From a virus (lineage: Duplodnaviria > Caudoviricetes): 64,000 nt of DNA. The translations under genes and the position numbers were made by a program. The stretch lies in the IMG/VR virus record IMGVR_UViG_3300038679_000016, positions 2,964 to 66,963 of that record; one strand, written 5' to 3'. Shown piece by piece: positions 45,009 to 53,930 of this stretch (position 1 is its first letter; each line of letters begins with the position of its first letter). The notes under the pieces were generated by a model that was not told the DNA's origin, did no database searches, and saw only the letters and a list, made by a program, of their open reading frames with translations.

Positions 45009-45356
45009 ATGGAACCCACACATATCCTAGACGGTTACAAGATACGATTTCAGCCACTGCACAAAGACTACGGAAGGGCAGAGTTTGTCGTGTGTCCTAT
45101 CTGGAAAAGAGGCAGGATTGTAAAAGTATATATCACAACTGTCCAACAAGAACCGGGCAGACAATTTGTTGTTGATACTTACTCTGACACTATGTCAATA
45201 CAGTCATGGGTCGGAACTGGCCCACCTAAAATATGGCTGCAAGGTAGGTGTAAGGAACATAAGACATACTTCACTCGCTTTTATGTGCCAGCAGATGCTG
45301 CATATATGCAGGTCAGATGTTTGTCAAACTTCTCGCTAAACTTTGGAAAGGATTAA
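45009..45356 (+). CDS. Hypothetical protein
   Basis: GAGG RBS. Confidence 0.6.
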   Translation: MEPTHILDGYKIRFQPLHKDYGRAEFVVCPIWKRGRIVKVYITTVQQEPGRQFVVDTYSDTMSIQSWVGTGPPKIWLQGRCKEHKTYFTRFYVPADAAYMQVRCLSNFSLNFGKD

Positions 45357-45376
45357 TTTACCAGCCTACGCCGAAT

Positions 45377-45395
45377 CATGTTAAATTTTAACATG
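45377..45395. promoter_or_regulatory. Dispersed palindrome copy 13 (flanks +)
   Basis: ccgaat CATGTTAAATTTTAACATG gttgct. Confidence 0.85.
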
Positions 45396-45450
45396 GTTGC
45401 TGGAAAATAAAACGTAAAAAAGTGTGCAGGACGCAAAATAATGGTTGCGG

Positions 45451-45479
45451 TTGATATACACAATATGATACAATATCAT
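45451..45479 (+). promoter_or_regulatory. Sigma70-type promoter for recombination/replication operon
   Basis: TTGATA-17 bp-TATCAT; about 55 bp downstream of palindrome copy 13. Confidence 0.6.
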
Positions 45480-45518
45480 CATACAATAAAGAAAGCCCAA
45501 AAGAAAGGAGCGCCCATC

Positions 45519-46427
45519 ATGACCATCATCCTACCAACCGAACCAGTCCCAGCGGTTCAAGACCTTACAGCCAACAACATCCTTATATGCGGCGACTACG
45601 GAATGGGGAAATCTGGTTTGCTGGCCAGTACTGGCTATCTCCTGGCCGATCCAGAGGATAAACTCCGTGCGTATCCTGACATCCTACGTGTAACACTCAC
45701 AAATTGGCAAGATCATAAAGATTTTGTAAAACAGTTATCAGCTAAACCACCGGGTACATTCCAAGGCATCGGCCTTGATTCCCTCAACATCAGCTGGGAT
45801 CACTGCCTTACCTGGGTAATGAAGAATGTTTCCTTTCAGGGCAACAAGCTAACGCATCCGAGTGAGAATCCCCAACTTTGCTATCCACGCATCACTCACG
45901 AGTTTATAACGTGGATTCGTGAGATAACATACCTTAGTTATCATGTTATTGCCACCTGCCATGTCAACATCGCTGAGATAACTGATCGTCGGGGTAATCG
46001 TTATAATAGGTGGGTTCCAGCTTTTACTGGTGGCACTCCTACCTCTACCTACGCATCTATTCCAAAGATATTCAGTATCATTGGATTTATGGCGCTAGAA
46101 AATATTGTCAAGCCATCAACCAGAAGTGTAATGGGCAAAGCTGTGGTAGATCTGCGGTCAGATGCTACTCGTGTTCCTGATCCAATGACCGAAACAAAGG
46201 ACAGCCTCGTTATCCACTTCGACAAATCACCTAACTGGCTCAGTAATAACAAGGAGGGAGGCTTCCCAGATATAGTCGTCCTGAACGATAATTACCGTAA
46301 CGACTGGCGCATCCTCAAAGAGGCCTGGGGCACCGGCGAGCGACATGAGCTGGCCCCGGAACCTATCGAGACAGCAGAAGTATTAACAGCACCGGCTAGC
46401 GCAATGGCGACTGGGATGGGAAAGTAA
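45519..46427 (+). CDS. AAA-family ATPase (Sak4/AAA_24-like recombinase)
   Basis: ILICGDYGMGKS Walker A; GIGLDSLN Walker B; HVIATCH; AAGGAG RBS before MTIILP. Confidence 0.8.
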   Translation: MTIILPTEPVPAVQDLTANNILICGDYGMGKSGLLASTGYLLADPEDKLRAYPDILRVTLTNWQDHKDFVKQLSAKPPGTFQGIGLDSLNISWDHCLTWVMKNVSFQGNKLTHPSENPQLCYPRITHEFITWIREITYLSYHVIATCHVNIAEITDRRGNRYNRWVPAFTGGTPTSTYASIPKIFSIIGFMALENIVKPSTRSVMGKAVVDLRSDATRVPDPMTETKDSLVIHFDKSPNWLSNNKEGGFPDIVVLNDNYRNDWRILKEAWGTGERHELAPEPIETAEVLTAPASAMATGMGK

Positions 46428-46440
46428 CAAGGAGAACACA

Positions 46441-46671
46441 ATGGAACTACTTTGTATAGTCACTGGTCCCGTCGGATCGAGAAAGATGAACGTGCTGAAG
46501 TGTATCGAAGCTGCATTAAAGGATACGTTCGATATAGAAATAGAGGTAGTAACGGAGAAACACATTCCAACAACGACAGACAATCCAACATCTTCACTAA
46601 TTATATGGAGATGGAAAGACAAGATAATGGAGCGGTCACAAACAAAAACAAAAGGAGGAACAAACGTGTAA
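46441..46671 (+). CDS. Hypothetical protein
   Basis: AAGGAG RBS. Confidence 0.55.
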   Translation: MELLCIVTGPVGSRKMNVLKCIEAALKDTFDIEIEVVTEKHIPTTTDNPTSSLIIWRWKDKIMERSQTKTKGGTNV

Positions 46672-46764
46672 TGGCGCAAGCTAAAACCAAAGACAAAGCG
46701 AGGCGAAGCGACTAACTCAAACCAGAAACCAAACCAACTAAATCAACGCGAGGAAACGAGCAAA

Positions 46765-47229
46765 ATGGCAACAATCGAGTACAACCTTGACGACGCTGAA
46801 GATTTTAAACTGCCCACTACTGGAGTTCATAACGGAAATCTGGCTGGTGTAGAAAACACCCTGTCGAAGAAAACCCAGAAGGAGATGACAGTCATCACTG
46901 TGACCCTGTCTCCAGACGATCCAGATGCCCCCAACCTTCCGCTCCGTAAGTACCTGACCTGGCCTACGGAAGAAGATCAGGCTAAGATGCACGGAACCAG
47001 GAACGCCTTCCGGGCACAGCTTCAGTCCATCAAAGATGTCATGACTACCTTTGGTGGAAAGGAGAGTGGAACTATAACTCCAGATGAGGTCTTGACTTTC
47101 CTGTGGAACAAGGTGGGCATGGCTGTGAGGGTGAAGGTGAAGTTGGAGGCCCGGAAGGATCAGTATACCGGAGAAGTGATTGATCCTCCGGAATGGCAGG
47201 CCAACGTGGATAAGTTGCTGCCGGCCTAG
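46765..47229 (+). CDS. ssDNA-binding-like protein (DUF669-like OB fold)
   Basis: F..P.TGVHNG.L..VE..LSK...EM...; typical neighbour of AAA_24 and nuclease genes. Confidence 0.65.
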   Translation: MATIEYNLDDAEDFKLPTTGVHNGNLAGVENTLSKKTQKEMTVITVTLSPDDPDAPNLPLRKYLTWPTEEDQAKMHGTRNAFRAQLQSIKDVMTTFGGKESGTITPDEVLTFLWNKVGMAVRVKVKLEARKDQYTGEVIDPPEWQANVDKLLPA

Positions 47230-47243
47230 GACGTAACACAACT

Positions 47244-47324
47244 TGTACCTTGAGATATCAGACACCGATAATCCAAGTAGGGTAGCTGACCAGTCAAATG
47301 GTTCTTGGCGTATCTCAAGGTACA
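47244..47324 (+). ncRNA. Candidate cis-acting structured RNA
   Basis: Perfect 14-bp inverted repeat TGTACCTTGAGATA/TATCTCAAGGTACA enclosing nested CCAAG/CTTGG and GACCA/TGGTT stems. Confidence 0.45.
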
Positions 47325-47343
47325 CTTTAAATCAGGAGTTAGT

Positions 47344-48063
47344 ATGCCCTACATCGAGAACCCCCAAACAAAAGGCAGTGGCATCTTCTGTGCCATCCCA
47401 CATATAACTAGGTGTCCTATAGGCTGCACTGACTGCTTCTTCCAGTCTGGCCGCTCGTATCTTGAGCCATTGACAGACAACCTGCCCAACATACCGCCAG
47501 ATGAATTGATACACAGTCATATAATCAAAATAAACGATTGCAACGACTCCAATATAGATAGAAAAGAAGTAATCAAATCAACAGCATGGTGGCCACATAA
47601 GTTCTACGAAACATCTATTCCTGATCTCGCTTTCCCAGCTCCTATTGTGCTGACAGTAAATCCAGGAGCTATGACAGATACGGATGCTCACTTATTAGAC
47701 GACATTCCAGATAACCTAATGTTCGTACGAGTACGAGTTAATACTTGGAATCTTAGAATTGTTGATCGTGTAATGCAGCACTACACAGATAGGAATGTAC
47801 CAGTCGTGCTGACATTCGTGGTATACTATAAGGAAGCTCCTCAACATAAGGATCATTATACTCTACGAAAGAGAACAACCAACCAGTATTGGGTAATTAC
47901 TGAACTATACTGGGAGGCAGTCGTTCATCGGTTTAGGATAAATAATCTGGCATACACCTGCGGAAAGCCGGTCGATAGTCACAGATGTGTACGGTGTGGA
48001 AACTGTCTGCGGGAGTACTACGCTACGATGGAGCGAATACAGACGGGTGGAGGGAGAATATAA
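47344..48063 (+). CDS. Radical SAM-like Fe-S protein
   Basis: CPIGCTDC (CxxxCxxC) near N-terminus; C-terminal C......C.RCGNC; AGGAG RBS. Confidence 0.6.
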   Translation: MPYIENPQTKGSGIFCAIPHITRCPIGCTDCFFQSGRSYLEPLTDNLPNIPPDELIHSHIIKINDCNDSNIDRKEVIKSTAWWPHKFYETSIPDLAFPAPIVLTVNPGAMTDTDAHLLDDIPDNLMFVRVRVNTWNLRIVDRVMQHYTDRNVPVVLTFVVYYKEAPQHKDHYTLRKRTTNQYWVITELYWEAVVHRFRINNLAYTCGKPVDSHRCVRCGNCLREYYATMERIQTGGGRI

Positions 48064-48064
48064 T

Positions 48065-48241
48065 ATGAGAGGAACGATAGCAAAGAGAATCCGTAGACAA
48101 GTATATGGAATAGGTCATCATCCTGGACCTGTACTATACCTACGAAATACTAAGGGCACAGTGAAAGCAGGCGGCCAACGTCAACGGTATCAACTGGTTA
48201 AAAAGCAACATTCGGCTGGCGCCACTCGTCAGCCCGAGTGA
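48065..48241 (+). CDS. Small basic protein
   Basis: GGGAG RBS; MRGTIAKRIRRQ. Confidence 0.55.
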   Translation: MRGTIAKRIRRQVYGIGHHPGPVLYLRNTKGTVKAGGQRQRYQLVKKQHSAGATRQPE

Positions 48242-48675
48242 TGCGAGCAATCATATGCATATTGCTATTAACCCTACATCCAGCGATTGCCGCCAGCCCA
48301 CTCCCATCGAGGGAAGTGACTATGCAGTCCTGGCTCCATCACGTTCAGCTTATGTCGGCAAAGTACGGAGTCGATCCGAACTTCGCCCTGGCTGTGGCGG
48401 AGGTGGAATCTTCAAACAAGGAGGTGAGGTTCCGCTTTGGCAAAATGGGTAAGGGTACATACTATGGGCCGTACGGAATACACAAATGCTTTCTTAAAAA
48501 GTGGGCTATCAATGACCCTCTCGTTAACACGGAAGTTGGGATTCGAGCGCTGGCACGTCACAAGGATCAGCGCCAGTCCCTCCGCAGATACAACACATCC
48601 TTCGACGAGGCTTACTACAGACGCATCAAGCAGATAGAACGACGGAATAGAGAAGAAGGAGTATTCAGCCGATGA
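48238..48675 (+). CDS. Lytic transglycosylase (SLT-like) with signal peptide
   Basis: AKYGVDPNFALAVAEVESS catalytic Glu; N...GIR.L...RRYN. Confidence 0.75.
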   Translation: MMRAIICILLLTLHPAIAASPLPSREVTMQSWLHHVQLMSAKYGVDPNFALAVAEVESSNKEVRFRFGKMGKGTYYGPYGIHKCFLKKWAINDPLVNTEVGIRALARHKDQRQSLRRYNTSFDEAYYRRIKQIERRNREEGVFSR

Positions 48676-48914
48676 AGAAAGCAAACTTTCCCCACGAAGC
48701 AATCGCTGTTATTGACAACGTCCTCCAGTATGGACGCACCAAGCACGAGGAAGGAAGCTGGCGCTCGGAATCTCTGGGCTACCACGTTAAGAAGGCCAGC
48801 GGTCATATAAAAGACTGGCTGTACGGAGTCGACCGTGGCGAGGATCATCTGGCTTGCGCGCTGACGAGGATGGCGATGGCGCTATCGGTTCGGGCAGGAG
48901 AACAGGAGGAATAG
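48672..48914 (+). CDS. dATP/dGTP diphosphohydrolase-like (DUF5664-type) mini-protein
   Basis: VLQYG..KH..GSW......H...W..G.D.GEDHLACA..R..M. Confidence 0.6.
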   Translation: MKKANFPHEAIAVIDNVLQYGRTKHEEGSWRSESLGYHVKKASGHIKDWLYGVDRGEDHLACALTRMAMALSVRAGEQEE

Positions 48915-48916
48915 AT

Positions 48917-49111
48917 ATGCGACGCTTCGGATTGTCTCTCGAGGACAACTTATATAATGATTTCTATAGGCTGTTCCCCGACCATGGCCTTCGAACTAGT
49001 GTTCTACGGCGCTGCGTTCATCGGATGGTGAAGCGGGCGAAGGAAGTAGGTGGCATCCTGCCACACGAGATAAAGGAAATAGCAGATAGTATCATAAAAG
49101 AGGAGACTTGA
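48917..49111 (+). CDS. Ribbon-helix-helix-like protein
   Basis: GGAGG RBS; MRRFGLSLEDNLYNDF. Confidence 0.5.
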   Translation: MRRFGLSLEDNLYNDFYRLFPDHGLRTSVLRRCVHRMVKRAKEVGGILPHEIKEIADSIIKEET

Positions 49112-49293
49112 TTATGAGTTTACTGGAAGAGTTGATTGGCGGCAGCCTGGACGAAATCTCAGATGAGGAGCTAGAACAAGCCATCATCGAGGGACGTTTG
49201 GGCCGGGAGCAGTACGAAGTGCCGAAGGAAAAGAAAGCAGGGAAGAAGAAAGTGTCAGCGCTAGATGATATAGATATGTCGGACTTTGACTGA
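49108..49293 (+). CDS. Small acidic protein ending IDMSDFD
   Basis: GAGGAG RBS. Confidence 0.6.
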   Translation: MIMSLLEELIGGSLDEISDEELEQAIIEGRLGREQYEVPKEKKAGKKKVSALDDIDMSDFD

Positions 49294-49300
49294 TAATAAT

Positions 49301-49319
49301 CATGTTAAAATTTAACATG
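49301..49319. promoter_or_regulatory. Dispersed palindrome copy 14 (flanks +)
   Basis: aataat CATGTTAAAATTTAACATG gtgcct; directly upstream of ParB-MTase. Confidence 0.85.
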
Positions 49320-49357
49320 GTGCCTACATTAAACACCCCCAACGGAGACCGTAAAAA

Positions 49358-50764
49358 ATGTCAGCCTTCTGCCATCCCAGCAAAATAAACATAAAGCCCG
49401 GACGCATCCGTCCTGCTGATCCAGCTGAAGTAGAAGCAATGGTCCAATCAATGAAAGAGGTTGGCCAGCTACAGCCTATCCTGGTCGATAAAGAAATGAA
49501 TCTAACCGCCGGCCTCCACCGTCTGGAAGCGTGCCGTAAGCTCGGTCGAGATGTATGGTTCGCTACTGAGGAAGAAGGCAGCCTCATACTCGACAATCCT
49601 CTCCTTCGTCGGATGGCTGAGTACCAGGAAAATTTTCGGCGCAAGGAATTCAGCCCCGCCGAGAAGAACATGGCCATAGCTGAGATCGACCGCCTAATGC
49701 GAGAGATAGTGGGCAGTAAACAAGCTGGCCCCGGCGTCAGCCTTGGTGAGTGGACTCAAACCGACACCGCTAAAAAGATCGGAGTTAAGAGTCATCGTAC
49801 TGTATCCGACGCCATCGCCATTACGAAGGCAATAGAGAAAGGTGTACCAGGAGTTAAGGAGGCCAAGACAACCCAGGAAGCCCTCGGTATTGTCAAGAAA
49901 ACCGTCCGTATGGAGGCGGCCGTCGAACTGGCCAAACGTCGACAGGGCAGTGACGATGACGAGATACAGAATCCCTTTGCATATTTCAGTGAACGTCTGC
50001 TACTCGGCAACTGTTTAGAGAAGCTGAGGGCTCTGCCGAGCGGAATGTGTAATCTATTCATAACTGATCCTCCATGGAAGATAGGAATAGACAAAGCAAC
50101 AGCAGACTACGGCTCCAGCCAGCAGAAGGCAACTGAGACATACGATGATTCTAGTGATAATACTATTCCGCTGGTCAAGGATGTAATAGAACAGATGGCC
50201 CGAGTTGGTAAACCAGACTGTTATATAGTAATGTTCTGCGGCATCGTTCACTTCAACGATCTCTCCGATTGTTTTCGGAGCCACGGCTTCCAGGTCTACA
50301 ACAAACCTCTGGTATGGGTAAAAACAGGCAGTGACAGCGACGACAGTCTGTGTTCCAGCAAGTCACCTGCTCCGACAATGTGGCCAGCTTCAGTTACGGA
50401 CTTTATGATATTAGTTAGGAAGGGCAATGCTACGCTGGCCCAGCTCCATAAGGGCGACGCATTTCTTAACCCACCAATTAAATCAGTCGACCGTGTGCAT
50501 CAGGCACAGAAACCCATTGCCTTGATGGAAGAAATAATCAGACGATTCTACCATCCTGGCACTAATCCAGTACTGATTGATCCCTTCGCAGGCTCTGGCT
50601 CTACTCTTATAGCCGCCCAGCGTATTGGCATCAAGCAATACTTCGGCTACGAACTCAGCGCAACAAATCGCGAGCGTGGAATTGCTTACATGGTAGATCA
50701 GTATATGAGAGAGCTAGAAGGTAAACCTGGACAGACTACGATTGATATGGAAGATTTTGTTTAG
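49358..50764 (+). CDS. ParB-like domain + HTH + beta-class amino (N6-A/N4-C) DNA methyltransferase fusion
   Basis: SMKEVGQLQPILV...AGLHRLEA; WTQTDTAKKIG.KS.RTVS; FITDPPW; HQAQKPIAL; DPFAGSGST. Confidence 0.85.
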   Translation: MSAFCHPSKINIKPGRIRPADPAEVEAMVQSMKEVGQLQPILVDKEMNLTAGLHRLEACRKLGRDVWFATEEEGSLILDNPLLRRMAEYQENFRRKEFSPAEKNMAIAEIDRLMREIVGSKQAGPGVSLGEWTQTDTAKKIGVKSHRTVSDAIAITKAIEKGVPGVKEAKTTQEALGIVKKTVRMEAAVELAKRRQGSDDDEIQNPFAYFSERLLLGNCLEKLRALPSGMCNLFITDPPWKIGIDKATADYGSSQQKATETYDDSSDNTIPLVKDVIEQMARVGKPDCYIVMFCGIVHFNDLSDCFRSHGFQVYNKPLVWVKTGSDSDDSLCSSKSPAPTMWPASVTDFMILVRKGNATLAQLHKGDAFLNPPIKSVDRVHQAQKPIALMEEIIRRFYHPGTNPVLIDPFAGSGSTLIAAQRIGIKQYFGYELSATNRERGIAYMVDQYMRELEGKPGQTTIDMEDFV

Positions 50765-50798
50765 ATTATAAGCTAAAAGAAAGAAAGGAACCCAAAGA

Positions 50799-53339
50799 AT
50801 GAAATCTGTTCCAAATTTATTCCCTACCATCACACCAGCTGACGACATTACCAAAGTAGCTATGATAGGCGAAGCTCCAGGTCGGGAGGAAGAAATCGCC
50901 GGTCAACCCTTCGTCGGGGCTGCTGGTCGTGAACTAGAGCGGTGGATCAAGCCCTACTTCATACGCAGCCAGTGCTTCGTTGGTAACGTATGCCAGGACC
51001 GGCCACCCGATAACAAGCTCAAGAACTTCTTCGTCGACACTGGCTGCCGACGGCCAGACGAACGACTCCAGAAATGGGTCAATGTACTGGCTGAGCAACT
51101 TAGCAGAGTGCGGCCCAATATTATCCTGGCCCTGGGTCGGCATCCTACCTTTCTCCTGACCGGTAGAGATGCAAACTGGAAGCGAGAGGGCGAGTTCACC
51201 TGGGGCTCCATCCTCCCGTGTACACTGGTACCAGGACTCAAGGTTATACCTATTCCCCATCCATCCGACATCATGCGCGGACTGTTTGACCTACGCCCCC
51301 TCGTGAAAGTGTGGCTAAAGCGAGCGAAGGCTAACTCGATGTATCCAGAGATTCGTAGACCACACCGAGAGCTGATTGTAAATCCCAACCTAGAGCAAGT
51401 AATGTTTGAACTCGACCGTCTTATGTATGCCAAGGAACTGGCCTTCGATATCGAGACAGTGCCAGGCAAAAAGGTAACCTACCGCAACGAAGCAAAAGGA
51501 CTATCGTACACAGCTGACATCATAACCTGCATCAGCTTCAGTGATCGGTCTAACTGGTCTATATCTATTCCATTCAGTACAGGCCCTGGCCAGCACCGCT
51601 GGGCGTTGGAAATAGAGAAGGAGATATGGAAGGCAATCGCCCGACTTCTCGGCCAGCACGGTCCATTGAAAATAGCGCATAACCTAATGTTCGACTTCCT
51701 TGAACTGGCTGCCCGGAAAGTATTCGTAGCTTCGCCAAGATGGGACACCATGACTGCGCACAATCGAGCCTACCTTGACTTGACCAAGAAGAAGTTGAAG
51801 AAACAAGCCCTCAATCGGTTGGCTGTTTGTACCAGTATATACACCGAGGAACCCTTCTATAAAAACGACTGGAAGGACCAGAACAAAGCCGACAAGTGGG
51901 ACCGTATATCCCATGCGTTCTGGAGATATAACGCAATGGACAGCGCTGTACTCCACGAAATCAAGGCAGCCGAGGAACGCGATCTTGAGCAGATGGGTAT
52001 GCTTGATATGTTCCACCGAGAGATGCAAGCTTTCGATCCGTTGGCTGCAGCTGCACTTCAGGGCACCAAAAGAAATCTGGAAATCATAAATAACCTATCG
52101 AACTTTCTTGAAGAGAAAGATGAAAAAGGCAAAGTAATTGGTGGTAAAATATTTGATTTACAGAATGAACTAAATAGTGTTGTTGGCTACGAACTCAATA
52201 CCAAGAGTAGCCAGCAGATGCAGAGGTTTCTGTATTCAGAAATGGGCTTCCCTATCCAGTTCAACAAACACACCAAGCGTCCTACGGCAGACGAAGGTGC
52301 ACTGGCTAAGCTGTATCAGAAAACTAAGCATCCTATTCTTCTGCGTATAAAGGAACTAACACGGCTGAGGGGATTCAGCTCTAACTACATCGAAGCAGCA
52401 ATCAGTATAGACGGACGCAGCCGTACTACTTATAACCAAGCTCGTACAAGTACTGCCCGCATCAGTAGCAGTGACGCCCTGATCGGCGAGGGAAAAAATT
52501 TGCAGACTGTGCCATCACGTCCTCGCCCGGGAGAAGATGACTACAACCGCCTTATCAAAGAATATAAGAAATCATTCATAGCCGATGAGGGTAAACTTTT
52601 GGCAAAGCGTGACTACGTCCAGGCTGAAGCAATGGTCGTAGCATGGCTTGCCGAAGACCTCCAACAGATGGATGACTTCCTGCATGGAGCTGATATTCAC
52701 TGTCGGACAGTGCAGATACTATATGACTGTGATTATCAGAAAGCCCTCGATGGCTACCGTAATAAGGAACCAGAGTGGACACTACGCCGGAATGTCCTGG
52801 CTAAGCCAACGAGACACGGATTTAACTATCGGCTAGGCCCACGCCAACTGAGCCAGATGTTCGCCCTCGCTGGCTTTGATGTACCAGAGGCGGAGTGTCG
52901 ACGTATGCTCCAAGCAATGGCCTCTGGAGTACCATCTGTAGTACGCTGGCAAGCTGAGGTTGAAGACCAAGTGAAGTCCACCCGGACTATCACCAACGCC
53001 TTTGGCTTACGGCGCACATTCTTCGGAATGGTAGACGATGACACGATCCGGGAGGCTATCGCCTTTAATCCACAGTCAACAGTCGGCCAACTGATGAACT
53101 TCGCCCTCGTACGAGTGTACCACGAAAGTGGAGCGATGACTGATCTAGATATATTGCTGCAGATTCATGACGCTGTTATATTCCAGAGCCCAATCGACAA
53201 GATGCAGCAACACGCAGCCATCGTCGGGGAACTGATGAACATCCCGCTCGAAATCAAGGGACGTCAGCTCACTGTGCCATCGGATATAGAGGTAGGCCCA
53301 TCGTGGGGACAACTCAGCAAACCAAAGTGGGAGATATAA
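50799..53339 (+). CDS. polA: Family A DNA polymerase with N-terminal family-4 UDG-like and 3'-5' exonuclease domains
   Basis: GEAPG...FVGAAG...HPS; AFDIET; DYVQAE; QIHDA. Confidence 0.9.
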   Translation: MKSVPNLFPTITPADDITKVAMIGEAPGREEEIAGQPFVGAAGRELERWIKPYFIRSQCFVGNVCQDRPPDNKLKNFFVDTGCRRPDERLQKWVNVLAEQLSRVRPNIILALGRHPTFLLTGRDANWKREGEFTWGSILPCTLVPGLKVIPIPHPSDIMRGLFDLRPLVKVWLKRAKANSMYPEIRRPHRELIVNPNLEQVMFELDRLMYAKELAFDIETVPGKKVTYRNEAKGLSYTADIITCISFSDRSNWSISIPFSTGPGQHRWALEIEKEIWKAIARLLGQHGPLKIAHNLMFDFLELAARKVFVASPRWDTMTAHNRAYLDLTKKKLKKQALNRLAVCTSIYTEEPFYKNDWKDQNKADKWDRISHAFWRYNAMDSAVLHEIKAAEERDLEQMGMLDMFHREMQAFDPLAAAALQGTKRNLEIINNLSNFLEEKDEKGKVIGGKIFDLQNELNSVVGYELNTKSSQQMQRFLYSEMGFPIQFNKHTKRPTADEGALAKLYQKTKHPILLRIKELTRLRGFSSNYIEAAISIDGRSRTTYNQARTSTARISSSDALIGEGKNLQTVPSRPRPGEDDYNRLIKEYKKSFIADEGKLLAKRDYVQAEAMVVAWLAEDLQQMDDFLHGADIHCRTVQILYDCDYQKALDGYRNKEPEWTLRRNVLAKPTRHGFNYRLGPRQLSQMFALAGFDVPEAECRRMLQAMASGVPSVVRWQAEVEDQVKSTRTITNAFGLRRTFFGMVDDDTIREAIAFNPQSTVGQLMNFALVRVYHESGAMTDLDILLQIHDAVIFQSPIDKMQQHAAIVGELMNIPLEIKGRQLTVPSDIEVGPSWGQLSKPKWEI

Positions 53340-53342
53340 GTA

Positions 53343-53930
53343 ATGATCAGTTTGATATTCGATACTGAGACAACGGGGCTAGTCAACCATAAGACTCCAG
53401 ACCACACTGTCCAGCCATATCCGGTACAACTTGCCTGCATCTTGATTCAAGACAACAAAGTAATGAACATGGTCAGCATTATCATCAATCCTGGCGTACC
53501 AGTTGAGTCGGCTGCTGCAGCAATACACGGTATCACCCAGGAAACAATAGAAACAATAGGTCTGTCCATGAAAGCGGCGACTGGGTTGTTCTTAAACTTC
53601 CTCAATAAAGCAGATAGAATTGTCGCACACAACCTAGATTTTGATCTCATCATCACCGAGGCAATGTTGTACCGTACCCTTGCTGACTATGACATGGACA
53701 AATTCCGGGCTGTGCCACGAGTCTGCACGATGCAATCCACTACCGACATATGCAAGATACCAGGAAAATTTGGCTACAAGTGGCCCAAGCTGGATGAGGC
53801 GTACCGGAAGCTGGTTGATCCGGCTGGATTCAAGGGTGCTCATGATGCCCTTAGCGATGTAATGGCCTGCTGGCGATTGTTGCGGGTACTAGAGGATAAA
53901 GGTATGCCGCTGAAGAAGGGAAAAAGATGA
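53343..53930 (+). CDS. DEDDh 3'-5' exonuclease (DnaQ-like)
   Basis: FDTETTG, VAHN.DFD, HDALSDV. Confidence 0.9.
   Translation: MISLIFDTETTGLVNHKTPDHTVQPYPVQLACILIQDNKVMNMVSIIINPGVPVESAAAAIHGITQETIETIGLSMKAATGLFLNFLNKADRIVAHNLDFDLIITEAMLYRTLADYDMDKFRAVPRVCTMQSTTDICKIPGKFGYKWPKLDEAYRKLVDPAGFKGAHDALSDVMACWRLLRVLEDKGMPLKKGKR

Noticed and set aside
36811-45395. Palindrome copies as a CRISPR array or as intrinsic terminators
   Set aside because: Spacing is 0.4-11 kb with genes in between; the AT-rich stem with a 1-nt centre and no U-tract is a poor terminator
48672-48914. Z-genome or 7-deazaguanine system
   Set aside because: No PurZ, DatZ, FolE, QueC/D or DpdA homologue recognised; kept only as an open question
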